Shown: positions 1-11,600 of the stretch, piece by piece
How positions within the stretch are numbered: position 1 is the first letter of the stretch
Layout: the number at the start of each line of letters is the position of its first letter
From: Obrimoposthia wandeli
Taxonomy: Eukaryota
DNA length: 64,000 bases
Assembly (NCBI GenBank): GCA_977020255.1
Contig: CDROCS010001465.1
Coordinates: forward strand, 186,001-250,000
Direction of reading: 5' to 3'
Program-made: the position numbers and the translations under genes
Notes under the pieces: model-generated
The model's database searches: none
Seen by the model: only the letters and a program-made list of their open reading frames with translations
What the model was told of the DNA's origin: nothing

Positions 1-156
1 GACCCTTACCTCCGCATCCCATCAAGACATGACAAGTCAGAGGAGGTTGTAGATAAATTAGTGTGTAAAAATATGTAGAAATATCTAGAAGCGATTGTAC
101 AATAAGTAGAATTATGTAAAATTCATGTAGAAATTAATTGTCATCATGTATTTAGA

Positions 157-456
157 ATGTCTGAAGAATGCCCAATATGTTTGGAAGATTTAACTGAACG
201 AAGAACAAGACCCGATACCTGCAACCACTTACACCACGAGGAATGTTTATCAAAATGGATCAGAACCTATGGAGAAACTCCCTATCCGACATACCCTCGT
301 TGCCCTGTATGCAGAAGACAATTCACAAAGTTAATCAAAATAGAACCCAACCAAGAGGATGTAGATGTACAGGTGATATTCCGTTGGAAGAATTTGAGAG
401 AATGTTGGTATTATTACTGTCTATCAGAACGACAAAATCCGATTACTTTTGTGTAA
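157..456 (+). CDS. Intronless RING-H2 zinc-finger protein (putative E3 ligase), copy 1, intact
   Basis: CPIC-x13-CNHLHHEEC-LSKW-x14-CPVCR matches the C3H2C3 RING-H2 pattern with the conserved Trp; 99-aa ORF. Confidence 0.85.
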   Translation: MSEECPICLEDLTERRTRPDTCNHLHHEECLSKWIRTYGETPYPTYPRCPVCRRQFTKLIKIEPNQEDVDVQVIFRWKNLRECWYYYCLSERQNPITFV

Positions 457-516
457 ACATCACACAACCACCAGCCCTCAATCGAGCCTAAATTCAACAT
501 CACCCCTCTCACAGCA

Positions 517-822
517 ATGTCTGGAGAATGTTCAATCTGATACGAGAACATCATGAACCTATACACCCAACCCAACATCTGCGACCACCAGTTCCATGTC
601 GAATGCCTCGAGACATGGATCCCAATTGCCAACAGCAACAATCCCCTCGAATACCCAAACTGCCCGATGCGCAGAGCAACCTTCTCGGTGCATTACGTCT
701 ACAACCGGGACAGCCTCCAAGCAGTGGTACCCATTGTACACTGCTGGAAGAACATCTGCGACTGCTGGTGTTCGTTCTGCGTAGAGGAGCGACGCACAGG
801 CCAGCCCAACAGCCAGCAGTAA
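517..822 (+). pseudogene. RING-H2 paralog, copy 2, disrupted
   Basis: ATG 517 reads MSGECSI*YENIMNLYTQPNICDHQFHVECLETW...CPMRR; TGA at 538-540 replaces Cys2 and the last Cys is Arg. Confidence 0.75.
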
Positions 823-1142
823 CCGAAGGTAACTTTCTGACTTAAAACGTGACATTATGAACTACCCCTGTGTATCGCATACCGCGATAAATTAGCTACC
901 ATAATTGTAATCATAATTGTATAATCTTGTGAAACTGTAAAATGACCATTACCATTTTTATGTATGTTGTTTATTTGAAATTGTAATTATTATACTGAAA
1001 CTCCAAAAGACAATTTTTTATGCTTAGTATGAATGTGAAAAACATGCCTAAAATCAAGACAGAACTCGGTAGGATTAAAATGAATATTAATATTAATATT
1101 AAACCAAATCGAACCCCAAATTAAAGAGTAATTATCGTGCAG

Positions 1143-1384
1143 ATGATTTGCTCAATCTGCCTGGAAACAATCCGAGCAGCGTCGGCATCCCCTGCCGGGT
1201 GCCGGCACAAGTTCCACGAACCCTGCCTGTACAAGTGGGCCATGGATCCCTATCCCTATCCGCGGGACACATCACTTGCCCAATGTGCCGCACTCCCTTA
1301 TCCGAATGGGCGCTCCTGTGCCGAAAACGCCTAAAGGGCAACCGCATAATTACCACCTGCATTGGCGGTGAGCATTGTAGATGA
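1143..1384 (+). pseudogene. RING-H2 paralog, copy 3, frameshifted
   Basis: MICSICLE...GCRHKFHEPCLYKW in one frame; continues as HITCPMCRTPL in another frame after about 1260. Confidence 0.75.
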
Positions 1385-1387
1385 TCC

Positions 1388-1663
1388 GTGTGCCTGGCGC
1401 GCCGTCGTGACGCGCAACTCGGCATCCGCAAACGGTGGCGGTCTAGCCGCGACTGCCGCTCGTGGCAGCAGGCCAGACGTCTGTGGATCGGAAATAATCG
1501 TCTGTACGGCTCAGACTTTGAATTAATTGTCGAGAGCCCACATCTGAGCCATGATCAGCAGACGGCCCTATACATCGGGGACATTCCGTCCTTTCCAGAC
1601 CTACCCCTGGAGCAAGTCATGCTCTTTCTGGACGATCAGAACATGCCGAACATAATTGATTAA
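1388..1663 (+). CDS. Unknown GC-rich ORF ending the RING cluster (possibly a fourth, degenerate member)
   Basis: 91-aa ORF starting VCL just after an out-of-frame ATG ATC; same GC-rich style as the RING ORFs. Confidence 0.35.
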   Translation: MCLARRRDAQLGIRKRWRSSRDCRSWQQARRLWIGNNRLYGSDFELIVESPHLSHDQQTALYIGDIPSFPDLPLEQVMLFLDDQNMPNIID

Positions 1664-2050
1664 CATAATCCGTCCCTTTATCCTTGTACTACATTTTTTA
1701 GTTTTGTGTATAGAATACAAAATTGAATAATTCGTGACTGCGTCCGAATTATTCATAAAAATCAATACCGACTTTTGTTAAATATTGGGCATGTTTGATG
1801 AGTTTGAATGCTTGAATTAAGTGGGGATGATTTTTAAAATCAGAAGCTAAAAGGTTATTAAATTAAAATCGATACGTTCCGGGGACGTAACTTTTGTAGA
1901 ACCCCCGAGATATGTTAGGATTAGGATTTGATAAATATTAAATAATTAATCTAATTTATAAAAAAATAAAATCCTTGAAAGCAAGGTTATAAAACTAAAT
2001 AAAAAATAATATTTAAATAAATTGATGAGAGTAAAAGGCAAATTAAATAT

Positions 2051-2090
2051 TTAGGACCTTGAAAGGTCATGTTCAGTGTGTTATATATAA
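2051..2090 (+). promoter_or_regulatory. LTR promoter block with TATA box; homologous block at 3201-3240
   Basis: ttaggaccttgaaaggtcatgttcagtgtg is identical in both LTRs, followed by TTATATATAA (2081-2090) or TTATATGTAA (3231-3240). Confidence 0.55.
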
Positions 2091-2589
2091 GGAGGTTGAA
2101 ATTAAATAAAAGGGCCCCAAAAAAGAGAACACGAGAATTAAACGAATTAGAAGAATTAAAGAAGAAATCAAAAAAGAAATCTTGTAATTATTGCCGTTAA
2201 ATTGGACGAAGAAGAAATCTTACAATTATTATCGTGGGATCCAGAACAGTTGCAGCGAAGTCGTCAATTCCCACATCAAAAGTAAGCGGAATTAATTAGT
2301 GAATTAACTGACATCTAATTGACAGTTCCCACAGAATCACAATTCTTCGCAGCCAGCAACAATCTACATCGTGATCGAGAGATTGACGGGATCAGCAGAA
2401 TCTTGCACGCCAAATACCAGAAGTAACATTCGCAACCAATTAGAGGAGGTAAAAAATTTACATATATAGAAACTGAAATTACCACTATCTGCAGTCACCA
2501 CACAAATTGTTCAAGAGAAGCAGCAGTTCAACCAAGCAGTTTTCCTCTCGACAATTTCGAGAGTCGTTAGAAGCTTCCCGTCTTGTAGT

Positions 2590-2745
2590 TCGTCAATACA
2601 GCAGTTCGTCAATACAGCAGTTCGTCAACCAAGCAGTTCGTCAATACAGCAGTTCGTCAACCAAGCAGTTCGTCAACACAGCAGTTCGCCAACACAGCAG
2701 TTCGCCAACACAGCAGTTCAACTCAGCAGTTCAACCAAGCAGTTG
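2590..2745. repeat. ~15-bp degenerate tandem repeat (cagcagttcgtcaa..)
   Basis: About 10 adjacent units; explains the spurious ORF 2507-2746. Confidence 0.85.
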
Positions 2746-2936
2746 ATCGCACACAAATTGTTCGAGAGCAGAAGAAACTAGGAGGTAAATCACGAAAATT
2801 TCCAACATAATTATTCGAATTATTAGAAAAGATTCGGATCGAGCACATCTGTCCGACAACTCTCTACTGCGCTACCGACCCAGCAATCGGACAGTGCATC
2901 TCGCAGGATTCTATACTCGGAATTTTAAATTGGAGG

Positions 2937-3060
2937 TAAGCCGAAAAGTAGTGTGATTTCAGTGAATTTAAAGCCGAAAAGTAGTGTGATTTCATTGAAT
3001 TTTAAAGTAGAAAAGTAGTGTGATTTCATTGAATTTTAAAGTAGAAAAGTAGTGTGATTT
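2937..3060. repeat. ~33-bp tandem array, left part (aaagccgaaaagtagtgtgatttcattgaattt)
   Basis: About 4 units; the array resumes at 5859 after the solo LTR. Confidence 0.9.
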
Positions 3061-3899
3061 TGTTAGAATTAGGATTTGATAAAATTATAAATAATTCATC
3101 TAATTTATATAAAAAGAAAATCCTTGAAAGCAAGGTTATAGATTAAATAAAATTTATATTGATAGATTGAATAGATGAAATTAAAAGGTAAATTAAATAT
3201 TTAGGACCTTGAAAGGTCATGTTCAGTGTGTTATATGTAAGGAAGTTAAAGTTGAGTTAAAGGACCCAAAGAATTAATTAAGAAACGGAAGAAGAACAAG
3301 CCCAGTGTGAGTCACCCAAGGAATCAGGGTAATATTAGCAGTTGGCTGAATTATTCATAAAGTATTTAAGGCCAACAGTCAGAAATCAGCAGCAACGGTA
3401 AATTTCAGTGTGAGTCACCCAAAGAATCGAGGTCAACAGTCAGAAATCAGCAGCAACGGTAAATATCGTGGGAGCCCAGCCGGATTAATCAAACGGCATC
3501 AAAGTAAGTAAAGGTCATTAGTAAGATAACTGTCATATTTGGACAGAATACACAGCGCCGCAACAAGTTCCCACAGTGTCGCAGAAGCAATCAGCAAGCA
3601 GTTATATCGATTACTTCATCATCGCGCCAACTAGCATCGGGCCAGCAACGAGAAACTAATCTCCACACACCAATCAGTCGCGCCAGCAGAACCAGATCAG
3701 GAGACAACTGAAAAGGTAAAATTATCAATACACACAAACTAAATTACCGCTATCCACAGTGCGAACCAGCAGAATCAGATCAGGAGAATTGTCGCTGAAC
3801 CAATTGAAAACGGGAGACAACTGACGAGGTAATTTAATATAAAGCCAAACACACTTACCGTTATTCGCAGTCGCCACAATTGTAGAAGTTGAAATCAGA

Positions 3900-4240
3900 G
3901 AAGAAGCAGTCGCCACATTAGAGAAGAAATTGTCTGCAGCAGTTGATCGCCACATTCGAGAAGAGGAAATTGTCTGCAGTTGATCGCCAAAATTCGAGAA
4001 GAGGAAATTGTCTGCAGTTGATCGCCAAATTTGAGAAGAAGAAATTGTCTACAGTTGATCGCCAAATTTGAGAAGAAGAAATTGTCTGCAGTTGATCGCC
4101 AACACACCAATTCCAAGAAGCAGTGGTCGCCAATTCCGAGAAGCAGATCGTCAATAGCAGTTCGCCAATTCCGGGAAGTAGATCGTCAATAGCAGTTTGC
4201 AGTTCGCAGTTCGCAGTTCGCAGTTCGCAGTTCGCAGTAC
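3900..4240. repeat. ~33-bp degenerate repeat (gaaattgtctgcagttgatcgcc) followed by a (gcagttc)n heptamer run
   Basis: Visible tandem units. Confidence 0.8.
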
Positions 4241-4504
4241 GATTACACGCCAGTAAGAAATCAGTGGAAATTCAGGAGCCCGTGAATCCGAGCAATCTCG
4301 GAGAACGTAAACGAAAAATCAAGAGCTCAGCGAATCCCGGTGACCGTGGACGACAGCAGAACTATCGGACATCTACAATCTCAGCGGAAGATAGATTCAT
4401 TTGAATATTGTGAGTAAAAAGTAATCAGGACATATTTTACTAAAGTTTAAATTACAAAGCGTTCCCAGGCATCGACACGCGAAGCAGAAAGTCAGAGAAG
4501 AAAT

Positions 4505-4608
4505 CAATCTCACTGATCAATCTCACTGATTAATCTCGCTGATCAATCTCGCTGATCAATATCACTGATCAATCCCGCTGATCAATCCCGCTGATCAATC
4601 TCGCTGAT
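4505..4608. repeat. 13-bp tandem repeat (atcaatctcgctg)
   Basis: About 8 units. Confidence 0.85.
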
Positions 4609-4715
4609 CGGACAACGTGAGGAGCCAAGACAGGAGATTCGAATCCGGATTTTGTGGACTTATCGTGGTATTGGGAAGAGGTAAGAAAGTGTACAAGCGG
4701 AATACAAAATATTGA

Positions 4716-5420
4716 TAAAAGATTGTATTTTATTGAAGTTTAAATTACAAGGCGTGAAAAAACTGAGTATATTTTATTGAAGTTTAATTTACAAAGCGTA
4801 AAAGACCGAGTGTGGTTTATTGAAGTTTAAATTGCAAAGCGTAAAAACCGAGTATATTTTATTGAAGTTAAATTGCAAAGCGTAAAAACCGAGTATATTT
4901 TATTGAAGTTAAATTGCAAAGCGTAAAAAAAAACCGAGTGTATTTTATTGAAGTTTAGTTTACAAAGCGTGAAAAACCGAATATATTTTATTGAAGTTTA
5001 AATTACAAAGCGTTAAAAACCGAGTATATTTTATTGAAGTTTAAATTACAAAGCGTGAAGACCGATTGTATTTTATTTAAATTTAAATCACAAAGTGTGA
5101 AAGACCGATTATATTTTATTGAAGTTTAAACTGCATAGCGTGGAAAACCGAGTATATTTTATTGAAGTTTAAATTACAAGGCGTGGAAAACCGAATATAT
5201 TTTATTGAAGTTTAAATTACAAAGCGTTAAAAACCGAGTATATTTTATTGAAGTTTAAATTACAAAGCGTGAAGACCGATTGTATTTTATTTAAATTTAA
5301 ATCACAAAGTGTGAAAGACCGATTATATTTTATTGAAGTTTAAATTACAAAGCGTGAAAAAACCGATTATATTTTATTAAAGTTTAAATTACAAAACGTA
5401 AAAGACCGATTATATTTACT
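4716..5420. repeat. ~43-bp minisatellite (ttttattgaagtttaaattacaaagcgtgaaaaaccgagtata), about 16-17 units with a 5-unit higher-order duplication
   Basis: Units read directly; a variant block starting about 4971 recurs about 5186. Confidence 0.9.
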
Positions 5421-5858
5421 AAAGCGTTTTCCCTACTTTTTAGAGCAATAAGCTCTCCCAAAATCTACCACCTAAAACCTTGTCGGTTTTAGAGAAAAGA
5501 CTCTAATAAACTAACTAAACCTAAAGTAAAATCGATACGTGGTTCATCCCCACTTGTGTAGAGACTTACAGAAGTCTTAGGAATTTTATTGTATTATTTT
5601 AGAAAATACGTACGTAAACGTATTGTTTCGTTTTAGTCTAGTGTGTTAACAATAAACGATTTCCTACATTAGAAAGCATTGTTCTAAACCCTTCAGATTA
5701 AGAGACATCAAAACAAACACCTTCAGATAAGCAATTGAGACAGGCAACCATAACATTAAGTAGGCCACGACCAACTTTAAGACCTGCTTCTATAGAACTC
5801 ACGTTGGGGCCCGCCGCATTCAAGAGGATCTATAAAGTTTCATATAGAAACCCCAACA

Positions 5859-6116
5859 ATTTCATTGAATTTTAAAGTAAAAAAGTAGTGTTGAATTCAT
5901 TGAATTTAAAGCCGAAAGGTAGTGTGATTTCATTGAATTTTAAAGTAAAAAGTAGTGTGATTTCATTGAATTTTAAAGTAAAAAAGTAGTGTTGATTTCA
6001 TTGAATCTAAAGCCGAAAAGTAGTGTGATTTCATTGAATCTAAAGCCGAAAAGTAGTGTGATTTCATTGAATTTTAAAGTAAAAAGTAGTGTGATTTCAT
6101 TGAATTTTAAAGTAAA
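5859..6116. repeat. ~33-bp tandem array, right part
   Basis: About 8 units of the same monomer as 2937-3060. Confidence 0.9.
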
Positions 6117-9100
6117 AAAGAAATTGAAATTGTTATTGAATAAAATTGGATTGCCCATAATTACGTTGAATTTCCCGAAATTGTATTGAGATTACCCCAC
6201 AATTGAAATTGGATTGTTCCGCATTTTGCCTAAATTAGAGCAACAACTCTACTGAACTTCATCCCGTGTTAGAGCAACAGCTAGGTAAACCACTTGTACT
6301 TTAGAGCAACGCTCTGCGAACTTGCCGCAATTTTAGAGTAAAGACTCTAGCGCCAACCAACCCTAAACCTAAAATCGATACGTGGTTCATCCCCACTTGT
6401 GTAGAGACTTACGGAAGTCTTAGGAATTTTACTGTAACTTTTTAGAAATACGTACTTAAACTTATTAATTCGTGTTAGTCTAGTGTGTTAATAAATAAAC
6501 GATTTCCTACAACTAGAAAGCATTGTTCTAAAACCCTTCAGATAAAGACACAACAAAAAACCTTCAGATAATAATTGAGACAGGCAAGCATAACATTAAG
6601 TAGGCCACAACCACCTTAAGACCTGCTTCTATAGAACTCACGTTGGGGCCCTCCACATTCAAAAGGATCTATATTAGAAACAGTGTTTTCATATAGAAAC
6701 CCCAACAATATATTAAAATTCTAAATTAAATAAAATACACATGATACATAATAACCTAGATACATTGACCTAATTAAAATTATATAATACATTATTTTAA
6801 TCAAATGACTTTTGTTTAAATAATACAAATTTGAAATTGATGTATTTAAACAAAATGTATTTTTAATGTATAGTTGCAACTTAAATGCAGTACGGGACAC
6901 CTTTATGATGAATAGATCCTTTGTTTCATACATAGAAATAACCTTGAGGTAGTGTTATAGTATTCATTGTGATTTAGTATTAATTGTGGCATTGCTAATG
7001 TTATGAGTAAATGGCAAATTAGCAATGGACTGCATAATGTACATATTTAAGTTATTAATCACATAATCTGTGATAATGCAATATACAATGTTGAATGAAT
7101 CACTGGTGAAATTATTACTTGCACTGCATGTCATAACACATTGAAATGATGAGAAGACGCAAATATTTCTGAAATTGTGATATGTTCCATAAAGGCCTTA
7201 TACGGATAATATAGATATGTTACTTGAACTTCAATACTCGAGGGCCACCCTTAAATATTATCCAATTATAATAATCTTTTGCACAGTATTTTGTTTTCAT
7301 AGGTGGCATATATTGGTGGGTGGCAGAAGTTTAATTCAAACTTTCAATTTTAAGGGCCACCCTACTACACACACGAAATAATCTTGATGTACCCTTTAGT
7401 GAAGACTGCACGTTAATACGAACTTTAGATAAAAATATATATAGTTCGAAAATATGTTATTAAAAATAGAATAACAAAGATCAAAGGCATCGATGAGTCA
7501 CAAAATTTAAGCACAAAGACATGACTCATTGGGGGTGGCTTTGTGCCAGAAGTGCTATATTCCCTACTATTGTTAAATTTGCTTCAGCTGTGAAATAGTA
7601 ATTCACATAAGCATACCAAGGGTTTTTCTCAAAACCAAATCTCTGCTGCCTTTTATAAACGGGCCATTTCCATTCGGCTGGTTTCTATCAGATAGAACCG
7701 TTTCAATAACATCATTGAGCAAATATTCAACGTACAAACGAAATTGGTAATTATTTCATTATTTGCATTACATCAACACATAAAACTGAGTTTTTTACTC
7801 CAGACTGCGGGTCTTATACAGCTTGCACAAAACAAGTACACTTTTTGTAACTTTGTAAGTTAGATTCAGATAGTACTAACAAAAAAACGTTTCGCACGAT
7901 CATAAAAAGAACTCAGTGAAATTTTAGTATATGATAAACATAATATATTGAAATTTTAAAAATGTTGTTTTAGCTGGTATTTATTTATAATAAAAAAGTT
8001 ATATGTATTAAATATTTATAAAATAAATTTTATGATTTGGTTTAATTGAAATAATTTAAATCCAAAAATTTAAGTGCATTAGTTGAAATAATGTTACGAA
8101 TTTCAAAATCCAATAGGAATTTGGTAAGGTTTTATTTTAAACTAATAACAATTTAATATTTCATTAAATTCATTTTTATTTGGTATTTATTCATATATTC
8201 ACGTTAGTGTTTCTATAATTTAATATATTTAAACACATTTATAAATTTATCACATAAATATTTCTTTCGATAACTTTTTATATACTTAAAACTAGCAGAT
8301 AATGAAATTACTTTTATATGTATAATTCATTTCAGAATTTTTATACAAATTGTGAAATCCTAATTTTTATGACACCTAAAGTACGTTTCCTTGTAAGTTT
8401 AAATTTTTTTAACCTAATATGAATTTATTGTTAATATATAGTTGTCAATATGAATTTGTGATAAGTTTTATTGTATTTCTTTAAAATTAAAGTCCAAATA
8501 AAAACAATTTTTAGATTTCACCTTCATTATTTAGTTTTTTATTTTAATTAAAATTAAGGAATAATTGTGAAAAAATTATAAATTTCCAATAAGTTCAATA
8601 AAAATCTTATTAATTATCATTCGGAAAATCCAGTTAAAATTTCTATGCACAAAATTTTATTTTTTTGTTATAAATAGTTAACTTACTAAGTTCCTCTTAG
8701 TAAGTTCATCAAAATTGTGCTCTAATCGGAATTTAACATCAATTACGGATATTCATTTAGTAAATTTCTGATTCTAACTTATTAATGTAAAATAGGTGTA
8801 TCAGCAATGGCCAATAAATAATCAGTTAAAAGTGCATTAACAAACCTCGGATCAAATGGCCAATTAAATGCTCAATTAGGCGATTCAGTAATTTTGCTGA
8901 ATCACGTTTTACTCTAATAAAATTGTACTTTAATGTACATTTTATCAATTATTATATTCCGAATAATACTAAATAATAATAAAAATATTGTATTCAGTAT
9001 AATATAAATATTATTGACAAAAAAGGTAAATTTGGCAAACATTGTTGAGTAATTTTCTCTTTTTATTCATGTATATGATATTTTATCACAAATTCACTTA

Positions 9101-10199
9101 ACAATGTTTTAGTCCTGAAGAAAATTGAGATTATTGCAATCAAAATGCAAGTAAATGTGTACAAATCATATGTAAATATCACCACAAATAAAAGTAATAA
9201 AAGACAACTTGGTTTGACATGCCAATCTAAATTAATATTAATCATTTTAGATATTTGTTACAATTATATGACTTCACATATTTGCATGTATTGATAAGAC
9301 TCGATTCTTAACTTCAAACATAAAATAATCCATCATTAGTAAGTCAGTTTACTATTATGTATAAAATAATTGTCCCAATTAACTTGAAATTCCCTAGCTG
9401 TAATTTAGCACCACTTTTCTTGATCTATAACACTTATTCTTAAGCTTTCTTTCATTCAGTTTATAAATTTCACATTTTCAAACTACTTTGAATAACTTTA
9501 CATAAATTATTTTTAGGCTTTTCTATTTTCAATTCAAAATAAAATTATCAGCTATTGAAACAGAAATTACGAATGTAGCTAAAATTTTGTAGTATATTTT
9601 AAGCTAATTTTGTACATAAATAATTTTTATTAATTTAATATTTTATAATTAATTACTGAAAAATAAATGAATCTTCTAGAAAGGCTCAGTTTTCACTCAA
9701 CTATAACTATTTAATTATCTAGTACCTACCTATTACAGTTATGTTAATGTTTACCTTAAAATCTACTACTTTTAATTGTTAGTAGTTAACAAACCACTAA
9801 GTTTTCAAAGAAATAAATAAATTTCTATTTTCTATTCTTTTTTAGTAAATTAGTTTATTAATTTCAAATTATTTTCATTTTACTTCTACAATATTTTTTT
9901 ACGAAAATTGAAACAATCAGCACAGATATGAACAATATATATTTAATTGAAAAGATGAAAAACGTTTGCATTAGCAATAACACTTAACCTTTCACAAAAG
10001 GGATCATTCTATCAATTGGTAAACACTTGATAAATGCAACGAAAAGCTAACATGCCCGGATGTTTGGGTGACACTTTTAGAGTCCGTGATAAACGGAAAT
10101 GGAGATGAGAAAGAATGCGTGGAGACGATGACGAAGTGGCTCATGAGAGGGTATGTCTGAGAAATCTAGAAAATAAAACGTCGTCGGAGATAGATTGTC

Positions 10200-10652
10200 T
10201 CAGCTGTCGTTGAACGCCGCCTCGATTTCGTCCTTGACAGAGTCGATGATAAACTTGTCCGGTGTGTCAGAACCGCCGATACCACTTCCATTCTGGTCGC
10301 GTGTGTTGTTGGTTTGGGTCTCCACAGAGCGTGGGTCACTGTCTTCCTCTTCCTCTCCTCCTTCTTCTCCCTCGTCTTCATCTTCATCCGATAGCGGCTG
10401 GGTGGCACTTGTCGCTGTAGCCGTCTTGCGGTCAGAGAGGGAATTGGCAGACTTGGAGCGACCTTGACGAGAGTCACGACTGCGACGCAGCTTAGCACGA
10501 CCTGGACCATCGGGACGCCCAGTTGATAAAGAGTTTTTGAGCTTCTGACTCTCCTCTAGTTTCAGAAACTTGATCACTTCGTTGAGACGATCTCTGAAGC
10601 TGACTAGACTTTCCAGAGGAATGCCGATTACATTTCGGTGTAGATCTGTTAC
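10200..10652 (-). CDS. PUR-alpha (PurA) family protein, last coding exon
   Basis: Acceptor ttcag|GTA at 10652, phase 0. VTDLHRNVIGIPLESLVSFRDRLNEVIK completes a PUR repeat, followed by an acidic low-complexity tail and TGA at 10202-10200. Confidence 0.75.
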   Translation of the reverse strand, partial: VTDLHRNVIGIPLESLVSFRDRLNEVIKFLKLEESQKLKNSLSTGRPDGPGRAKLRRSRDSRQGRSKSANSLSDRKTATATSATQPLSDEDEDEGEEGGEEEEDSDPRSVETQTNNTRDQNGSGIGGSDTPDKFIIDSVKDEIEAAFNDS

Positions 10653-11435
10653 CTGAACATAAAGTATGTTATAAATTTCATAAACAGTAACTTTTTTTCT
10701 AATCAGTGCTGATTAAATATTTTGCGTGATCAGAATTTTAAATTCAAACTGACTAATTGTCATCAAAGATTTTTAGATTTGTTATGCACTCATTTATGTG
10801 GCATTTAAATTTGGTATCGTGTTTAATTGGTTATGAAACCGTTAATAATAATAATCAGGATTAATATCTAATAAATATGCAATCTAATTCAGAGAGACTA
10901 ATTATAATAATTCTAAACAGACAGTTTTAAAGCTTTGGATGTTTTATACACTGATCAAAATGTAACACAAAATCTGCCTTACATATGTAAAAGCGATTTA
11001 GAAAATACGGATTTACATTCAGTTAAATAATATTTCTAATCCGTTTAATATTACCAATGAATCTATAATCAATTCAATACAAAACAGACATTTAAAGAAC
11101 ATGAACATATTTTGCTACAGTACGCTTTGAAATGCAATGCATATATTTTCTTAACTTTCTAAAATATTTCATCTCTGTTGAAGGATTTTATATTAAATGC
11201 TCATAGGGTGTAAAGTTATCTTAAGTTATTGGACCTTTGATTACAATTTTCATTTTTTTTAATTTCAGAACAATAAATATTGAACTTATTGTTTTGTTTT
11301 TTTAATTTATATAATTATGTTTTTTTTCATTCAAGTTTTCTACAACTGGTAATAAATAAAATTTACTTTTATGTAATTCTTTATAATTAATTTTAAAATT
11401 TTATTTTTGCATAAATTTTATCATTGGACATTAGT

Positions 11436-11600
11436 ATCAACTTTAATGAAAGAGCTAGGAAATAAATGTTAAATTAAATTATCATTTTCAAGTCCATATA
11501 ATCATTCAAGTAATGGCAAGTCGAAAGACAATTTCAGACAATCAAAGATTTATTAAACTTAACAATGAAATATAAATGCTCAGAAATTAGGCTTACGTTC
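11436..11600. repeat. 165-bp perfect inverted repeat, left arm
   Basis: Exact reverse complement of 12912-13076 on base-by-base reading. Confidence 0.9.

Larger units (their letters stand above)
3061..5858 (+). mobile_element. Solo LTR (2798 bp) nested in the 33-bp array of the outer LTR
   Basis: TGTTAG...CCCCAACA termini; 4-bp TSD ATTT at 3057-3060 and 5859-5862 splits one array unit (gtgtg-ATTT-cattgaattt). Confidence 0.8.
1913..6707 (+). mobile_element. Large LTR (outer; about 2.0 kb once the nested solo LTR is removed), probably the 3' LTR of a Gypsy-like element extending left of the window
   Basis: Starts TGTTAGG at 1913 and ends CCCAACA at 6707. Its 5' ~190 bp and 3' ~400 bp are homologous to the ends of the inner LTR. 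No matching 4-bp TSD (GATA vs ATAT). No clear PPT or PBS recognised. Confidence 0.65.

Noticed and set aside
538-540. TGA at a Cys position as selenocysteine or read-through
   Set aside because: The same copy also lost its last Cys and no SECIS was recognised; simple decay is more parsimonious
1860-1912. PPT/PBS next to the LTR, or a DIRS/Ngaro split-repeat layout
   Set aside because: No purine tract or TGG-type primer site seen; TG...CA ends and a 4-bp TSD fit an integrase-type LTR better. The aaaatcgatacgt motif shared with 5528 and 6371 remains unexplained
2937-6116. Regular arrays as CRISPR
   Set aside because: Contiguous tandem monomers with no unique spacers, a eukaryotic context and no cas genes
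2507-6189. ORFs 2507-2746, 3725-4404 and 5973-6189
   Set aside because: Translations of tandem repeats with no domain signal
6720-10000. AT-rich ORFs and short gggccaccc motifs near 7240-7360
   Set aside because: No recognisable domain, TIR pair or TSD
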